Positions 26,971 to 35,997 of a stretch of 64,000 nt of DNA are shown in pieces. A program made the translations under genes and the position numbers. A model generated the notes under the pieces. The model worked only from the letters and a program-made list of their open reading frames with translations, was not told the DNA's origin and made no database searches. The first letter of the stretch is position 1; each line of letters opens with the position of its first letter. This DNA comes from Rhodoferax sp. (GTDB lineage Bacteria; Pseudomonadota; Gammaproteobacteria; Burkholderiales; Burkholderiaceae_C), in NCBI GenBank assembly GCA_031428695.1, contig JANOYE010000093.1, positions 2,700 to 66,699 of the forward strand, written 5' to 3'.

Positions 26971-28632
26971 ATGGCAACTTCTGCAGTAGAAGCAAGCAGG
27001 CCAATGAGCGAGACGGAGAAAACAGTCATCTTCGCCTCCTCCCTTGGCACCGTATTCGAGTGGTATGACTTTTATCTGTTCGGTGTGATGTCGGCCATCA
27101 TTGCGGCCAACTTCTTCTCCTCACTGGACGAAAGCACCCGCAACATTTTCGTGTTGTTGGCTTTTGCCGCCGGTTTCGCGGTGCGTCCGTTCGGCGCTTT
27201 GGTGTTTGGCCGCCTGGGCGACATGATCGGCCGCAAATACACCTTCCTGATCACCATCGTGATCATGGGTTTGGCGACCTTCCTGGTGGCGTTTTTGCCG
27301 ACCTACCAAACGGCCGGCATCATCGCCCCGATCATGTTGATCGCCTTGCGCATGTTCCAAGGGCTCGCCTTGGGAGGCGAATACGGCGGTGCCGCAACTT
27401 ATGTGGCTGAACACGCGCCGCACGGCAGACGCGGTTATTACACCTCATTTATCCAGACCACCGCCACGATCGGACTGATGCTGGCACTGATGGTGATTTT
27501 GGGAACCCGCACCTACTTTGGCGAAAAAGAATTCGCTGAATGGGCTTGGCGCGTGCCTTATGCCTTGTCCGGCATCTTGTTGATCATCTCCATCTGGATT
27601 CGCCTGAAGCTCAACGAATCTCCGGCTTTCGCCAAAATGAAATCAGAGGGAAAGACCTCCAAGGCGCCGCTGTCCGAGTCTTTTGGCGAATGGAAAAACC
27701 TGAAGATCGTGATCCTGGCGTTGATCGGCTTGACCGCCGGCCAGGCTGTGGTCTGGTATACCGGCCAGTTTTACGCCCTGTTCTTCCTGCAAACCTTCCT
27801 GAAGGTCGACGGCCCGACGGCCAACGTGTTGATCGCCGTCTCGTTGATCATCGGCACACCGTTCTTCATCTTCTTCGGCACCTTGTCCGACAAGATTGGC
27901 CGCAAGCCGATCATCATGGCCGGTTGCCTGTTGGCCATCGTCACCTATTTCCCGCTGTTCAATGCGCTGACAACCTACGCCAACCCGAAGTTGCAGGCCG
28001 CGATCCAGAAAGCCCCCGTCACGGTGGAGTCTGATGCCGCCAACTGCAACCTGATCCTGAACCTGACCGGCACCGCCAAGTTCACAACCGCTTGTGACTT
28101 GGCCCGGGTTTACCTGTCCAACGCCGGCGTGAACTACGACCTGGTGACCAAAGCAGGCGCAGTGGCAACGGTTAAAGTGGGCGACAAAGCGATTGCGGGT
28201 TACGACGCCACGGCAGCAACTGCCAAAGCCGACAAACCCCGTTTTGAGAAAGAAGTGCGCACCGCCTTGAACGACGCGGGTTATCCTGCCAAGGCCGATC
28301 CGATTGCTTTGGGTTCAAGCAACTGGTTCATGTTGGTGGGGATTTTGACCATACTGGTGATCTACGTCACCATGGTCTACGGTCCTATCGCTGCCATGCT
28401 GGTGGAGATGTTCCCGACGCGCATCCGCTACACCTCTATGAGTTTGCCTTACCATATCGGCAACGGCTGGTTCGGCGGTTTCATGCCGGCCATCGCGTTC
28501 TCAATCGTCGCGGCGCAGGGCAACATCTACAGCGGCTTGTGGTACCCGATCATCATCGCCTCCATGACTTTCGTCATCGGCATGTTGTTCGTCAAGGAAA
28601 CCAAAGACATTGACATTTACGCCAACGACTGA
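26971..28632 (+). CDS. MFS transporter (metabolite:H+ symporter family, ProP-like)
   Basis: GTVFEWYDFYLFG and GALVFGRLGDMIGRK MHS signatures. GGAGA RBS before ATG 26971. A ~120-aa soluble insertion sits before the last TM helices. Confidence 0.85.
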   Translation: MATSAVEASRPMSETEKTVIFASSLGTVFEWYDFYLFGVMSAIIAANFFSSLDESTRNIFVLLAFAAGFAVRPFGALVFGRLGDMIGRKYTFLITIVIMGLATFLVAFLPTYQTAGIIAPIMLIALRMFQGLALGGEYGGAATYVAEHAPHGRRGYYTSFIQTTATIGLMLALMVILGTRTYFGEKEFAEWAWRVPYALSGILLIISIWIRLKLNESPAFAKMKSEGKTSKAPLSESFGEWKNLKIVILALIGLTAGQAVVWYTGQFYALFFLQTFLKVDGPTANVLIAVSLIIGTPFFIFFGTLSDKIGRKPIIMAGCLLAIVTYFPLFNALTTYANPKLQAAIQKAPVTVESDAANCNLILNLTGTAKFTTACDLARVYLSNAGVNYDLVTKAGAVATVKVGDKAIAGYDATAATAKADKPRFEKEVRTALNDAGYPAKADPIALGSSNWFMLVGILTILVIYVTMVYGPIAAMLVEMFPTRIRYTSMSLPYHIGNGWFGGFMPAIAFSIVAAQGNIYSGLWYPIIIASMTFVIGMLFVKETKDIDIYAND

Positions 28633-28655
28633 CATCCTGGCGCATTGACCCCTGA

Positions 28656-28683
28656 GGCCCTCCAATGCGAGGGCCTTTTTTTT
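28656..28683 (+). terminator. Rho-independent terminator after the MFS gene
   Basis: GGCCCTC-caatgc-GAGGGCC hairpin followed by T8. Confidence 0.75.
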
Positions 28684-28697
28684 GAACTGGAGCCTGT

Positions 28698-28868
28698 ATG
28701 TGGAAACTTGTGATTGGATTTGTGGCGTTTGCGGCGCTGGCCGTGTGGATGCTGAGCAAAGGCGGCGACATTGACATGGGCGGTGAAAAACACGAAATCA
28801 GCGTCCCGCACGCACCCGCACCCGCGCCGATGGCGCCTGCATCGACGCCTGAAGCTGCCAAGCTTTGA
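28698..28868 (+). CDS. Small (56-aa) membrane protein, absent from the ORF track
   Basis: GGAG RBS 6 nt upstream of ATG 28698. MWKLVIGFVAFAALAVWMLSKGG TM helix followed by a Pro/Ala-rich tail. TGA at 28866. Confidence 0.5.
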   Translation: MWKLVIGFVAFAALAVWMLSKGGDIDMGGEKHEISVPHAPAPAPMAPASTPEAAKL

Positions 28869-28960
28869 TTCCCCAGTGAAAACCAGGAAGAACCCTGTCT
28901 CGCGGTAGAAGAGCTTCTTGCTCAGTGGGTGAGCTGAACACGCGCACTTTATAATGCGGG

Positions 28961-29461
28961 ATGGCATTGGTAAAAACTGAAAAAGGTCGGCTAGCGCTGA
29001 AAGAGCGATCGCCGCTGCTGCATTCGCGTCAAAAATCGGCGCTGATATTGTTTAATGGCGTCAAGTCGGTCAGTGAAGTGTTGAGGCTGGTCGCTGGCTT
29101 GGGGGTGACCCAGGCCGACGTGGACCATATGGTCGCCAACGGGTTTTTGGCTGAAAACGCACCGCCGTCGCCCGCGCTTGCGGCCAATGTCCCACCTAAC
29201 GCATCGGGAGTTGTTGCACCCTCCGCGTCACCTGTGGCTCTGCCGTCTGCTTCAGGTCTCATGACGAATCAACAACGTTTTGCGACAGCCTGGCCGTTGG
29301 CTACGCAATTGGTGGGCGGTCTCGGTCTGCGGGGCTTTCGCCTGAACCTTTCCATCGAATCAGCCGCCGGTTATGACGACTTGCTCGCTCTGTTTCCCAA
29401 GATTCAGGCGGCAGTTGGGGTGGAAAAGGCGGAAGCCCTTGAGCGCGCGCTTAAAGACTGA
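28961..29461 (+). CDS. Hypothetical protein
   Basis: 166-aa ORF with typical GC-rich codon usage and a central Ala/Pro/Ser-rich linker. I do not recognise the family. Confidence 0.5.
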   Translation: MALVKTEKGRLALKERSPLLHSRQKSALILFNGVKSVSEVLRLVAGLGVTQADVDHMVANGFLAENAPPSPALAANVPPNASGVVAPSASPVALPSASGLMTNQQRFATAWPLATQLVGGLGLRGFRLNLSIESAAGYDDLLALFPKIQAAVGVEKAEALERALKD

Positions 29462-29565
29462 CGCGAAAGCCTGATAAGTTAGCGCCAAGCCAGACTCGCG
29501 CGGCCGGCCCGCGAGGGTCTTGGTGTCCCTAGAATGTCTCTCTTCCATAGGAAAGACACTACTCC

Positions 29566-32500
29566 ATGCCTCAGGGAATCATCCGCATTCGCGGAGCGCG
29601 CCAGCACAACCTCAAGAACCTCAATCTCGACATCCGAACTGGCGAACTGACGGTGGTTACCGGGCCCAGCGGTTCGGGGAAATCAAGCCTGGTTTTTGAC
29701 ACCTTGTACGCCGAAGGGCAACGCCGCTACGTCGAAACGTTTTCAGCCTACGCACGCCAGTTCATGGACCGCATGGACAAACCGGCGGTGGACAAAGTCG
29801 AAGGCGTGCCGCCGGCCATCGCGATTGACCAGACTAACCCGGTGCGGTCGTCGCGCTCCACCGTGGGCACGATGACGGAGCTCAATGACCACCTCAAACT
29901 GCTGTTCGCGCGGGCCGGGGCTTTGTTTGACCGCGACACAGCGCAGGCCGTGCGGCACGACTCGCCAGAAAGCATTTATGCGGAGTTGATGGCGAAGACC
30001 GCAGGCCAGCCCGAGCTTCGTATTGCGGTGACGTTCCCAGTCGAATTGCCAGGCAGCGCCACACCGCAAGAAATTGAACAATGGCTGTCCGTGAGCGGCT
30101 TCACACGCGTGCAGGCACAGCGCGAAGTGGCCAGTGTGACGGGGCCGCGCAAGGTGCTTGACGTGGTGGCAGACCGTTTCCGCCTCGCCAACACGGAGCG
30201 CGCGCGCGTGGTTGAAGCGATTGAAGTGGCGCTCAAACACGGAAGTGGGCGAATGTCGGTCTACCCTGTGCTTGAAGACGACAACGCTCAGCCATTGATC
30301 TGGAAGTTTTCAACCGGGCTGCACTGCGCCGACAGCGACATTCGTTACGCTGACCCGATTGCTTCGATGTTCTCATTCAACTCGGCGGTCGGGGCTTGCG
30401 AAACCTGCCGTGGTTTTGGCCGCGTAATCGGTGTTGACTACGGTTTGGTCATTCCCGACGACAAGAAGACCTTGCGCGCAGGGGCCATCAAACCCATGCA
30501 AACGCCGGCCTGGCAGGAGTGTCAGGACGACCTGATGCGCCACAGCGAGGCGGCGGGCATTCCGCGCGACACGCCCTGGTACAAACTCACGCCCGAGCAC
30601 CAGCAGTGGGTCATCAACGGCTCGCCGAACTGGAATGGCAAATGGAACCAGCACTGGTTTGGCATCAAGCGCTTCTTTGAATACCTGGAGACCAAAGCCT
30701 ACAAGATGCACATCCGGGTGCTGCTCTCCAAATACCGCAGCTACACGCCGTGCCACGCCTGCGGCGGCGCCCGTTTGAAGACCGACAGCCTGTTGTGGCG
30801 CATCGGCGCAAAGACCGACGCCGACGACGTGTTGGCGCCGGCGAAGCGCTTCATGCCCCAAGGTGTGAAATGGACGCGCGCCCAGGTTGAAGCCTTGCCC
30901 GGCCTGTGCCTGCACGACCTGATGACCTTGCCCGTCGAACGGTTGCGCCGGTTTTTTGACCGGATGGCGGCGAGCCAAGTGCGCGCGACCAAAGATGGTG
31001 AAGCACAGGCCCTGAAGCTGTTGTTTGAAGAAATCTGCACGCGGCTCAAATACCTGTGTGACGTCGGCATTGGTTACCTCACGCTGGATCGCCAAAGCCG
31101 CACGCTGTCGGGCGGCGAGGTGCAACGCATCAACCTCACCACCGCGCTGGGCACGTCGCTGGTCAACACGCTTTTCGTGCTGGATGAGCCCAGCATCGGC
31201 CTGCATCCGCGTGACATGAGCCGCATCATCGTTGCCATGCAGCGCCTGCGTGACGCCGGCAACACCCTGGTGGTGGTCGAACACGACCCAGCGGTGATGC
31301 TCGCTGCAGACCGCATGATCGACATGGGCCCCGGCCCCGGCGAGCGCGGCGGGCGCATCGTGTTTGACGGCTCTACGCGTGACTTATGCAACGCCGACAC
31401 CTTGACGGGCGCCTACCTTGGCGGTCGCAAGCAAGTTGGCATGGGCTTCAAGCGGTTGGTGGCAGACAACACGCCTAGGTTGATACTTGAGGGCGCGTCC
31501 GAGCACAACCTGAAGAACGTGACGATTGAATTTCCACTCCAATGCCTGGTGTGTGTGACCGGTGTCAGCGGTTCAGGTAAATCTACGTTGATTCAGGATG
31601 TGCTGCACCCTGCCTTGGTGCGCCACTTTGGCAAGGCTACGGAAACTCCGGGTGCCCATGAGCGCTTGTTGGGGGCGGATTTCCTCGGCGAAGTGGTGTT
31701 TGTCGACCAGTCGCCCATTGGCAAGACAGCCCGCTCCAACCCGGCCAGTTACGTTGGCGCCTGGGACGCCATCCGCGAGATTTTTGCCAACGCCCCTCTG
31801 GCGCGCCAACGCGGCTACACCGCGACCAAATTCAGCTTCAACAATGGCGATGGCCGTTGCGCCATGTGCGGCGGCTCCGGCTTTGAACACATCGAGATGC
31901 AGTTCTTGAGCGACGTGTACCTGCGTTGCCAGGATTGCGACGGTAAACGTTACCGACCCGAAATTCTCGAAGTGATGATTGAGCGGCGTTCGGCTGACAC
32001 CGCCCAACTGGCGGGCATGAACGTGGCCGCCGTGCTGAATCTCACAGTGAGTGAAGCAGCCCTGGTGTTTGAAAACGACCGTGACGTGCTTCGTGCGCTG
32101 CAACCCATCATCGACGTGGGGCTGGAATACGTCAAACTGGGCCAGCCCGTGCCCACACTCTCCGGTGGAGAATCTCAGCGCCTGAAGTTGGCTGGGTTTT
32201 TGGCGGGGGCGGCGAAAAGCGCGTCCGCCAGCAGGCAGCCGCTGGCGCGGCGCGGCACACTCTTCATGTTCGACGAGCCCACCACCGGCCTGCATTTTGA
32301 TGACATTGCCAAACTCATGCGCGCCATGCGTAAGTTGCTGGGCGCGGGCCATTCGATCATTGTCATCGAGCACAACCTGGACGTAATCCGCGCCAGCGAC
32401 TGGCTGATTGATTTAGGCCCCGAAGGCGGGGACGCCGGCGGCGAGCTGGTAGCAGTCGGCACGCCGGAGGACGTGCGCCAACATCTCAGCTCACACACCG

Positions 32501-35292
32501 GCAAGGCGCTGCGGGAGTACGAGCAGGCTTTGGGGCTGGGCTCGCATGTGGCGATGGACAGTCTGGCGGTTCGACCTCCCAAGGTCAGGCCACCTGTGCT
32601 TGACGCGATCCAAATCGTCAACGCCAAAGAACACAACCTCAAGTCACTTAGCGTCAACATCCCGCGCGGCAAGTTCAACGTGATCACGGGAGTCAGCGGC
32701 TCTGGCAAATCAACGCTGGCGTTTGACATTTTGTTCAACGAAGGCCAGCGCCGCTACCTTGAATCGCTCAACGCCTATGCCCGCAGCATCGTGCAGCCAG
32801 CCGGTCGGCCCGAGGTGGACGCGGTGTACGGCATCCCCCCCACCGTGGCGATTGAGCAGCGCCTCTCGCGCGGCGGGCGCAAGAGCACGGTCGGCACCAC
32901 CACCGAGGTGTGGCATTTCCTGCGCTTGTTGTTTGTGAAGCTCGGCACACAACACTGCGTGAATGACGGCGCGGCAGTCGCCCCGCAAACGCCTGACAGC
33001 ATTGCCGCGCAATTGCTCAAAACCTACCGGGGCCAACACATCGGCTTGTTGGCGCCCTTGGTGATGAACCGCAAAGGCGTTTACACCGAGCTGGCCGACT
33101 GGGCGCGCCCGCGCGGCTTCACCCATTTGCGGGTGGATGGCAACTTTTTGCCGACCACCCAATTCCCGCGCATCGACCGCTTCAAAGAGCACACCATCGA
33201 GCTGCCGGTGATGAGCCTGGATGTGTTGCCCGAGCGCGAATCGCGCCTGCGCGAAGCGTTGGCGCAGGCGCTCACCCACGGCAAAGGTGTGGTGCATGTG
33301 TTGAGCGAGCTGGCCGGTTTGAAAGAAGCCATGCGGGACGTTGCATCAACAGCAGGCATCGGCAAGCTCGAAGTGTTCTCAACCACCCGCGCCTGCCCAG
33401 TCTGCGCCACCTCCTATGCCGAGCTTGACCCGCGTCTTTTCTCCTACAACAGCAAACACGGCTGGTGCAAGGAATGTGTGGGCACGGGTGTGCGCCTCAC
33501 CAAAGAACAACGCAAGGCGCTGGACGACTCGGTGCAGTCAGACGACACCTCAGGCCGCGAAAAGACCTTTGGCGAGCCCGAGCTGGACGACGTGGCCGAT
33601 GCCGCTTGCGCAGTCTGCCTGGGCACACGGCTGAACCCAACCGCCCGCGCCGTGAAATTCACCGGCGTCGGCATCACCGAACTGGCGCGCATGAGTGTGA
33701 CCGACATTCGCCAATGGGTTGCAGCGTTGCAAACCCAAGGCAAACTCAGCCAGCGTGAGACCGACATCGCCCGTGACTTGATTCCCGAGATCAAAAGCCG
33801 CCTTGAGTTTTTGGAGGAGGTGGGCCTGGGCTACCTCACGCTGGATCGCGGCGCGCCTACCTTAAGCGGCGGCGAAGCGCAACGCATCCGCCTGGCGGCG
33901 CAACTGGGCAGCAATTTGCAGGGTGTGTGTTACGTGCTTGACGAACCGACGATTGGCCTGCACGCGCGCGACAACGCCATCCTGCTGGGCGCCTTGAAAA
34001 ATCTCAGCGACAAGGGCAATACCCTGGTGGTTGTGGAGCATGACGAGGAGACCATTCGCGCGGCCACCCACATCATCGATATTGGGCCCAGCGCCGGCAA
34101 ACGCGGCGGCCAATTGGTGGCCGAAGGCTCGGTGAAAGACATTCAAAAGGCCAAGAACTCGCAAACTGGCCGCTACCTGCTCCATGCGATGAAACACCCG
34201 GTGCAGGCGCGGCGGGTGATGGCCAAGCCAGACTGGTTGACGGTGGCTGCTGCCAGCTTGAACAACCTGCAATCCGTCACCGCGCAAATCCCGTTGGGTC
34301 GCCTGGTTGCCATCACCGGCGTCAGCGGTTCCGGCAAATCCACCTTGGCGCGCGATGTGATGCTGGCCAACGTGCAACGGGCCGTGCAAAAGCGCAGCAC
34401 GAAAGCCGGGCGCGACGCCTTGGCAGCGGGTGAAAACATCGCCTGGACGGGTTGTGCCAGCGTCACCGGCTTTGAAATAGTTGACCGGGTGCTCGAAGTG
34501 GACCAAACTCCGATCGGCAAAACGCCGCGCAGTTGTCCCGCCACCTACATCGGGTTTTGGGACATCATCCGCAGGCTGTTCGCCGACACACTGGAAGCCA
34601 AAGCGCGCGGTTACGCGGCGAACCGCTTCAGTTTCAACACCGGGGACGGCCGCTGCGCCGGTTGTGAAGGCCAGGGCATCCGCACCGTGGCGATGAGTTT
34701 TCTGCCCGACGTGAAAGTGCTGTGTGAAACCTGCAAAGGCGCGCGCTTCAACCCGGAGACGCTGGCCGTCACCTGGCGCGGCAAAAATATTGGCGACGTG
34801 TTGCAGATGGAGGTCGATGAGGCGGTGGAATTTTTTGCCGCCATGCCCGCCATCAGCCACCCGGTGCAATTGCTCAAAGATGTCGGCCTGGGGTATTTGA
34901 CGCTCGGCCAGCCGTCGCCCACCTTGAGCGGCGGCGAAGCCCAGCGCATCAAACTGGTGACCGAGCTTTCCAAAGTGCGCGACGACATCACCCGGCGTGG
35001 CCAAAAGCCGCCCCACACCTTGTACGTGCTGGATGAACCTACGGTGGGCCTGCACATGGCCGATGTCGAAAAACTCATTCGCGTGTTGCACCGCCTGGTT
35101 GATGGCGGGCACAGCGTGGTGGTGATCGAACACGACCTGGACGTGATCGCCGAGGCCGATTGGGTCATCGACCTGGGCCCCGAAGGCGGCGACGGCGGCG
35201 GCCGCATCGTCGCAGCGGCCACCCCTGAGGGTGTCGTGGCCCGGAGCACCCACACTGGGCAGGCGCTCAAGGCGGTGTTGGCGCGGGCTTAA
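29566..35292 (+). CDS. Tandem-duplicated UvrA-like ABC ATPase (two complete UvrA units in one 1908-aa chain)
   Basis: Four Walker A motifs (GPSGSGKSS, then 3x GVSGSGKST), four signatures (LSGGEVQRINL, LSGGESQRLKL, LSGGEAQRIRL, LSGGEAQRIKL) and four Walker B motifs (LDEPSIGLH, FDEPTTGLH, LDEPTIGLH, LDEPTVGLH). UvrA zinc modules are present. Confidence 0.9.
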   Translation: MPQGIIRIRGARQHNLKNLNLDIRTGELTVVTGPSGSGKSSLVFDTLYAEGQRRYVETFSAYARQFMDRMDKPAVDKVEGVPPAIAIDQTNPVRSSRSTVGTMTELNDHLKLLFARAGALFDRDTAQAVRHDSPESIYAELMAKTAGQPELRIAVTFPVELPGSATPQEIEQWLSVSGFTRVQAQREVASVTGPRKVLDVVADRFRLANTERARVVEAIEVALKHGSGRMSVYPVLEDDNAQPLIWKFSTGLHCADSDIRYADPIASMFSFNSAVGACETCRGFGRVIGVDYGLVIPDDKKTLRAGAIKPMQTPAWQECQDDLMRHSEAAGIPRDTPWYKLTPEHQQWVINGSPNWNGKWNQHWFGIKRFFEYLETKAYKMHIRVLLSKYRSYTPCHACGGARLKTDSLLWRIGAKTDADDVLAPAKRFMPQGVKWTRAQVEALPGLCLHDLMTLPVERLRRFFDRMAASQVRATKDGEAQALKLLFEEICTRLKYLCDVGIGYLTLDRQSRTLSGGEVQRINLTTALGTSLVNTLFVLDEPSIGLHPRDMSRIIVAMQRLRDAGNTLVVVEHDPAVMLAADRMIDMGPGPGERGGRIVFDGSTRDLCNADTLTGAYLGGRKQVGMGFKRLVADNTPRLILEGASEHNLKNVTIEFPLQCLVCVTGVSGSGKSTLIQDVLHPALVRHFGKATETPGAHERLLGADFLGEVVFVDQSPIGKTARSNPASYVGAWDAIREIFANAPLARQRGYTATKFSFNNGDGRCAMCGGSGFEHIEMQFLSDVYLRCQDCDGKRYRPEILEVMIERRSADTAQLAGMNVAAVLNLTVSEAALVFENDRDVLRALQPIIDVGLEYVKLGQPVPTLSGGESQRLKLAGFLAGAAKSASASRQPLARRGTLFMFDEPTTGLHFDDIAKLMRAMRKLLGAGHSIIVIEHNLDVIRASDWLIDLGPEGGDAGGELVAVGTPEDVRQHLSSHTGKALREYEQALGLGSHVAMDSLAVRPPKVRPPVLDAIQIVNAKEHNLKSLSVNIPRGKFNVITGVSGSGKSTLAFDILFNEGQRRYLESLNAYARSIVQPAGRPEVDAVYGIPPTVAIEQRLSRGGRKSTVGTTTEVWHFLRLLFVKLGTQHCVNDGAAVAPQTPDSIAAQLLKTYRGQHIGLLAPLVMNRKGVYTELADWARPRGFTHLRVDGNFLPTTQFPRIDRFKEHTIELPVMSLDVLPERESRLREALAQALTHGKGVVHVLSELAGLKEAMRDVASTAGIGKLEVFSTTRACPVCATSYAELDPRLFSYNSKHGWCKECVGTGVRLTKEQRKALDDSVQSDDTSGREKTFGEPELDDVADAACAVCLGTRLNPTARAVKFTGVGITELARMSVTDIRQWVAALQTQGKLSQRETDIARDLIPEIKSRLEFLEEVGLGYLTLDRGAPTLSGGEAQRIRLAAQLGSNLQGVCYVLDEPTIGLHARDNAILLGALKNLSDKGNTLVVVEHDEETIRAATHIIDIGPSAGKRGGQLVAEGSVKDIQKAKNSQTGRYLLHAMKHPVQARRVMAKPDWLTVAAASLNNLQSVTAQIPLGRLVAITGVSGSGKSTLARDVMLANVQRAVQKRSTKAGRDALAAGENIAWTGCASVTGFEIVDRVLEVDQTPIGKTPRSCPATYIGFWDIIRRLFADTLEAKARGYAANRFSFNTGDGRCAGCEGQGIRTVAMSFLPDVKVLCETCKGARFNPETLAVTWRGKNIGDVLQMEVDEAVEFFAAMPAISHPVQLLKDVGLGYLTLGQPSPTLSGGEAQRIKLVTELSKVRDDITRRGQKPPHTLYVLDEPTVGLHMADVEKLIRVLHRLVDGGHSVVVIEHDLDVIAEADWVIDLGPEGGDGGGRIVAAATPEGVVARSTHTGQALKAVLARA

Positions 35293-35416
35293 ATTCCTGG
35301 CGGGTTTTTAGGCCTGCAAGCAAATTTGACGCGGAGTAAAGTCAAGATATTCAGAGCGTCTAAAATTGCGTTTAGTATAAATTGTTGTTTATTTTGTGAC
35401 TCTTTAAAAGTCTAAT

Positions 35417-35461
35417 TTAATTTAAATAATGTAGCAAATACTTGAAAAAATACGTGACTTA
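35417..35461 (-). repeat. 45-bp AT-rich composite motif, copy B (partial: lacks the distal TAGC)
   Basis: Minus strand reads TAAGTCACGT-N16-GCTACATTATTTA-AATTAA. It lies in the AT-rich island 35293-35551. Confidence 0.7.
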
Positions 35462-35551
35462 CCTTGCTTTCAATTAGCTAAAAAATTTAGGAGAATAGTT
35501 ATTTTTAATCCACCTGACTCTGCGCCAGACTCTCATTGGAAACATGGTGGA

Positions 35552-35989
35552 GTGCGCGTCATTCCAGGCAACAACCTGGACGGCAACACGGCCCAAACCC
35601 CAGGCATGGACCGCAAGGCGGCGATCAATTTCGCCCGCGTCGGCGCGCAAAAACTCTGGGCAGGCACGGTCACCATTCACGCCAACGCCAAAACCGGCGC
35701 GCACCACCATGGCCATTTGGAGAGCGTGATCTACGTTGTCAAAGGGCGTGCCCGCATGCGTTGGGGCGACGCCCTTGAGTTTGTCGCAGAAGCCGGGCCT
35801 GGCGACTTCATTTACGTGCCGCCCTACGTGCCGCACCAGGAGATCAACGCCAGCCCCACTGAAGCGCTTGAATGCGTGTTGTGCCGCAGTGACGGCGAGG
35901 CAGTGGCGGTCAATTTGGCCATCGCGCCTATTGAAAATCCGGAACAGGTGTTGTGGATTGATCCGACCCACCCGCACGGCGGCGTATGA
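35552..35989 (+). CDS. Cupin-domain protein
   Basis: GAHHHGHLESVIYVVKG ... GDFIYVPPYVPHQEIN cupin motifs. GTG start is uncertain. Confidence 0.75.
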   Translation: MRVIPGNNLDGNTAQTPGMDRKAAINFARVGAQKLWAGTVTIHANAKTGAHHHGHLESVIYVVKGRARMRWGDALEFVAEAGPGDFIYVPPYVPHQEINASPTEALECVLCRSDGEAVAVNLAIAPIENPEQVLWIDPTHPHGGV

Positions 35990-35997
35990 GTGTTGAG

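Noticed and set aside
29530-29535. TAGAAT -10-like hexamer and imperfect inverted repeat upstream of the uvrA-like gene; search for an SOS box
   Set aside because: There is no acceptable -35 at 16-18 bp and no CTGT-N8-ACAG LexA-type box in 29462-29565. The evidence is insufficient to call a promoter or SOS regulation.
31377-31385. CGTGACTTA 9-mer inside the uvrA-like gene
   Set aside because: It has no TAGCAA/GCT partner at the fixed spacing and sits in a GC-rich context. A single 9-mer match is within chance expectation for the sequence searched.
33862-35253. 463-aa minus-strand ORF, plus similar ORFs at 16136..17236, 39256..40392, 11246..12202 and 60386..61372
   Set aside because: All lie antisense to strongly supported genes (uvrA-like, ACAD, ahcY, ACAD/GGDEF, sugar dehydrogenase) and have no domain signatures.
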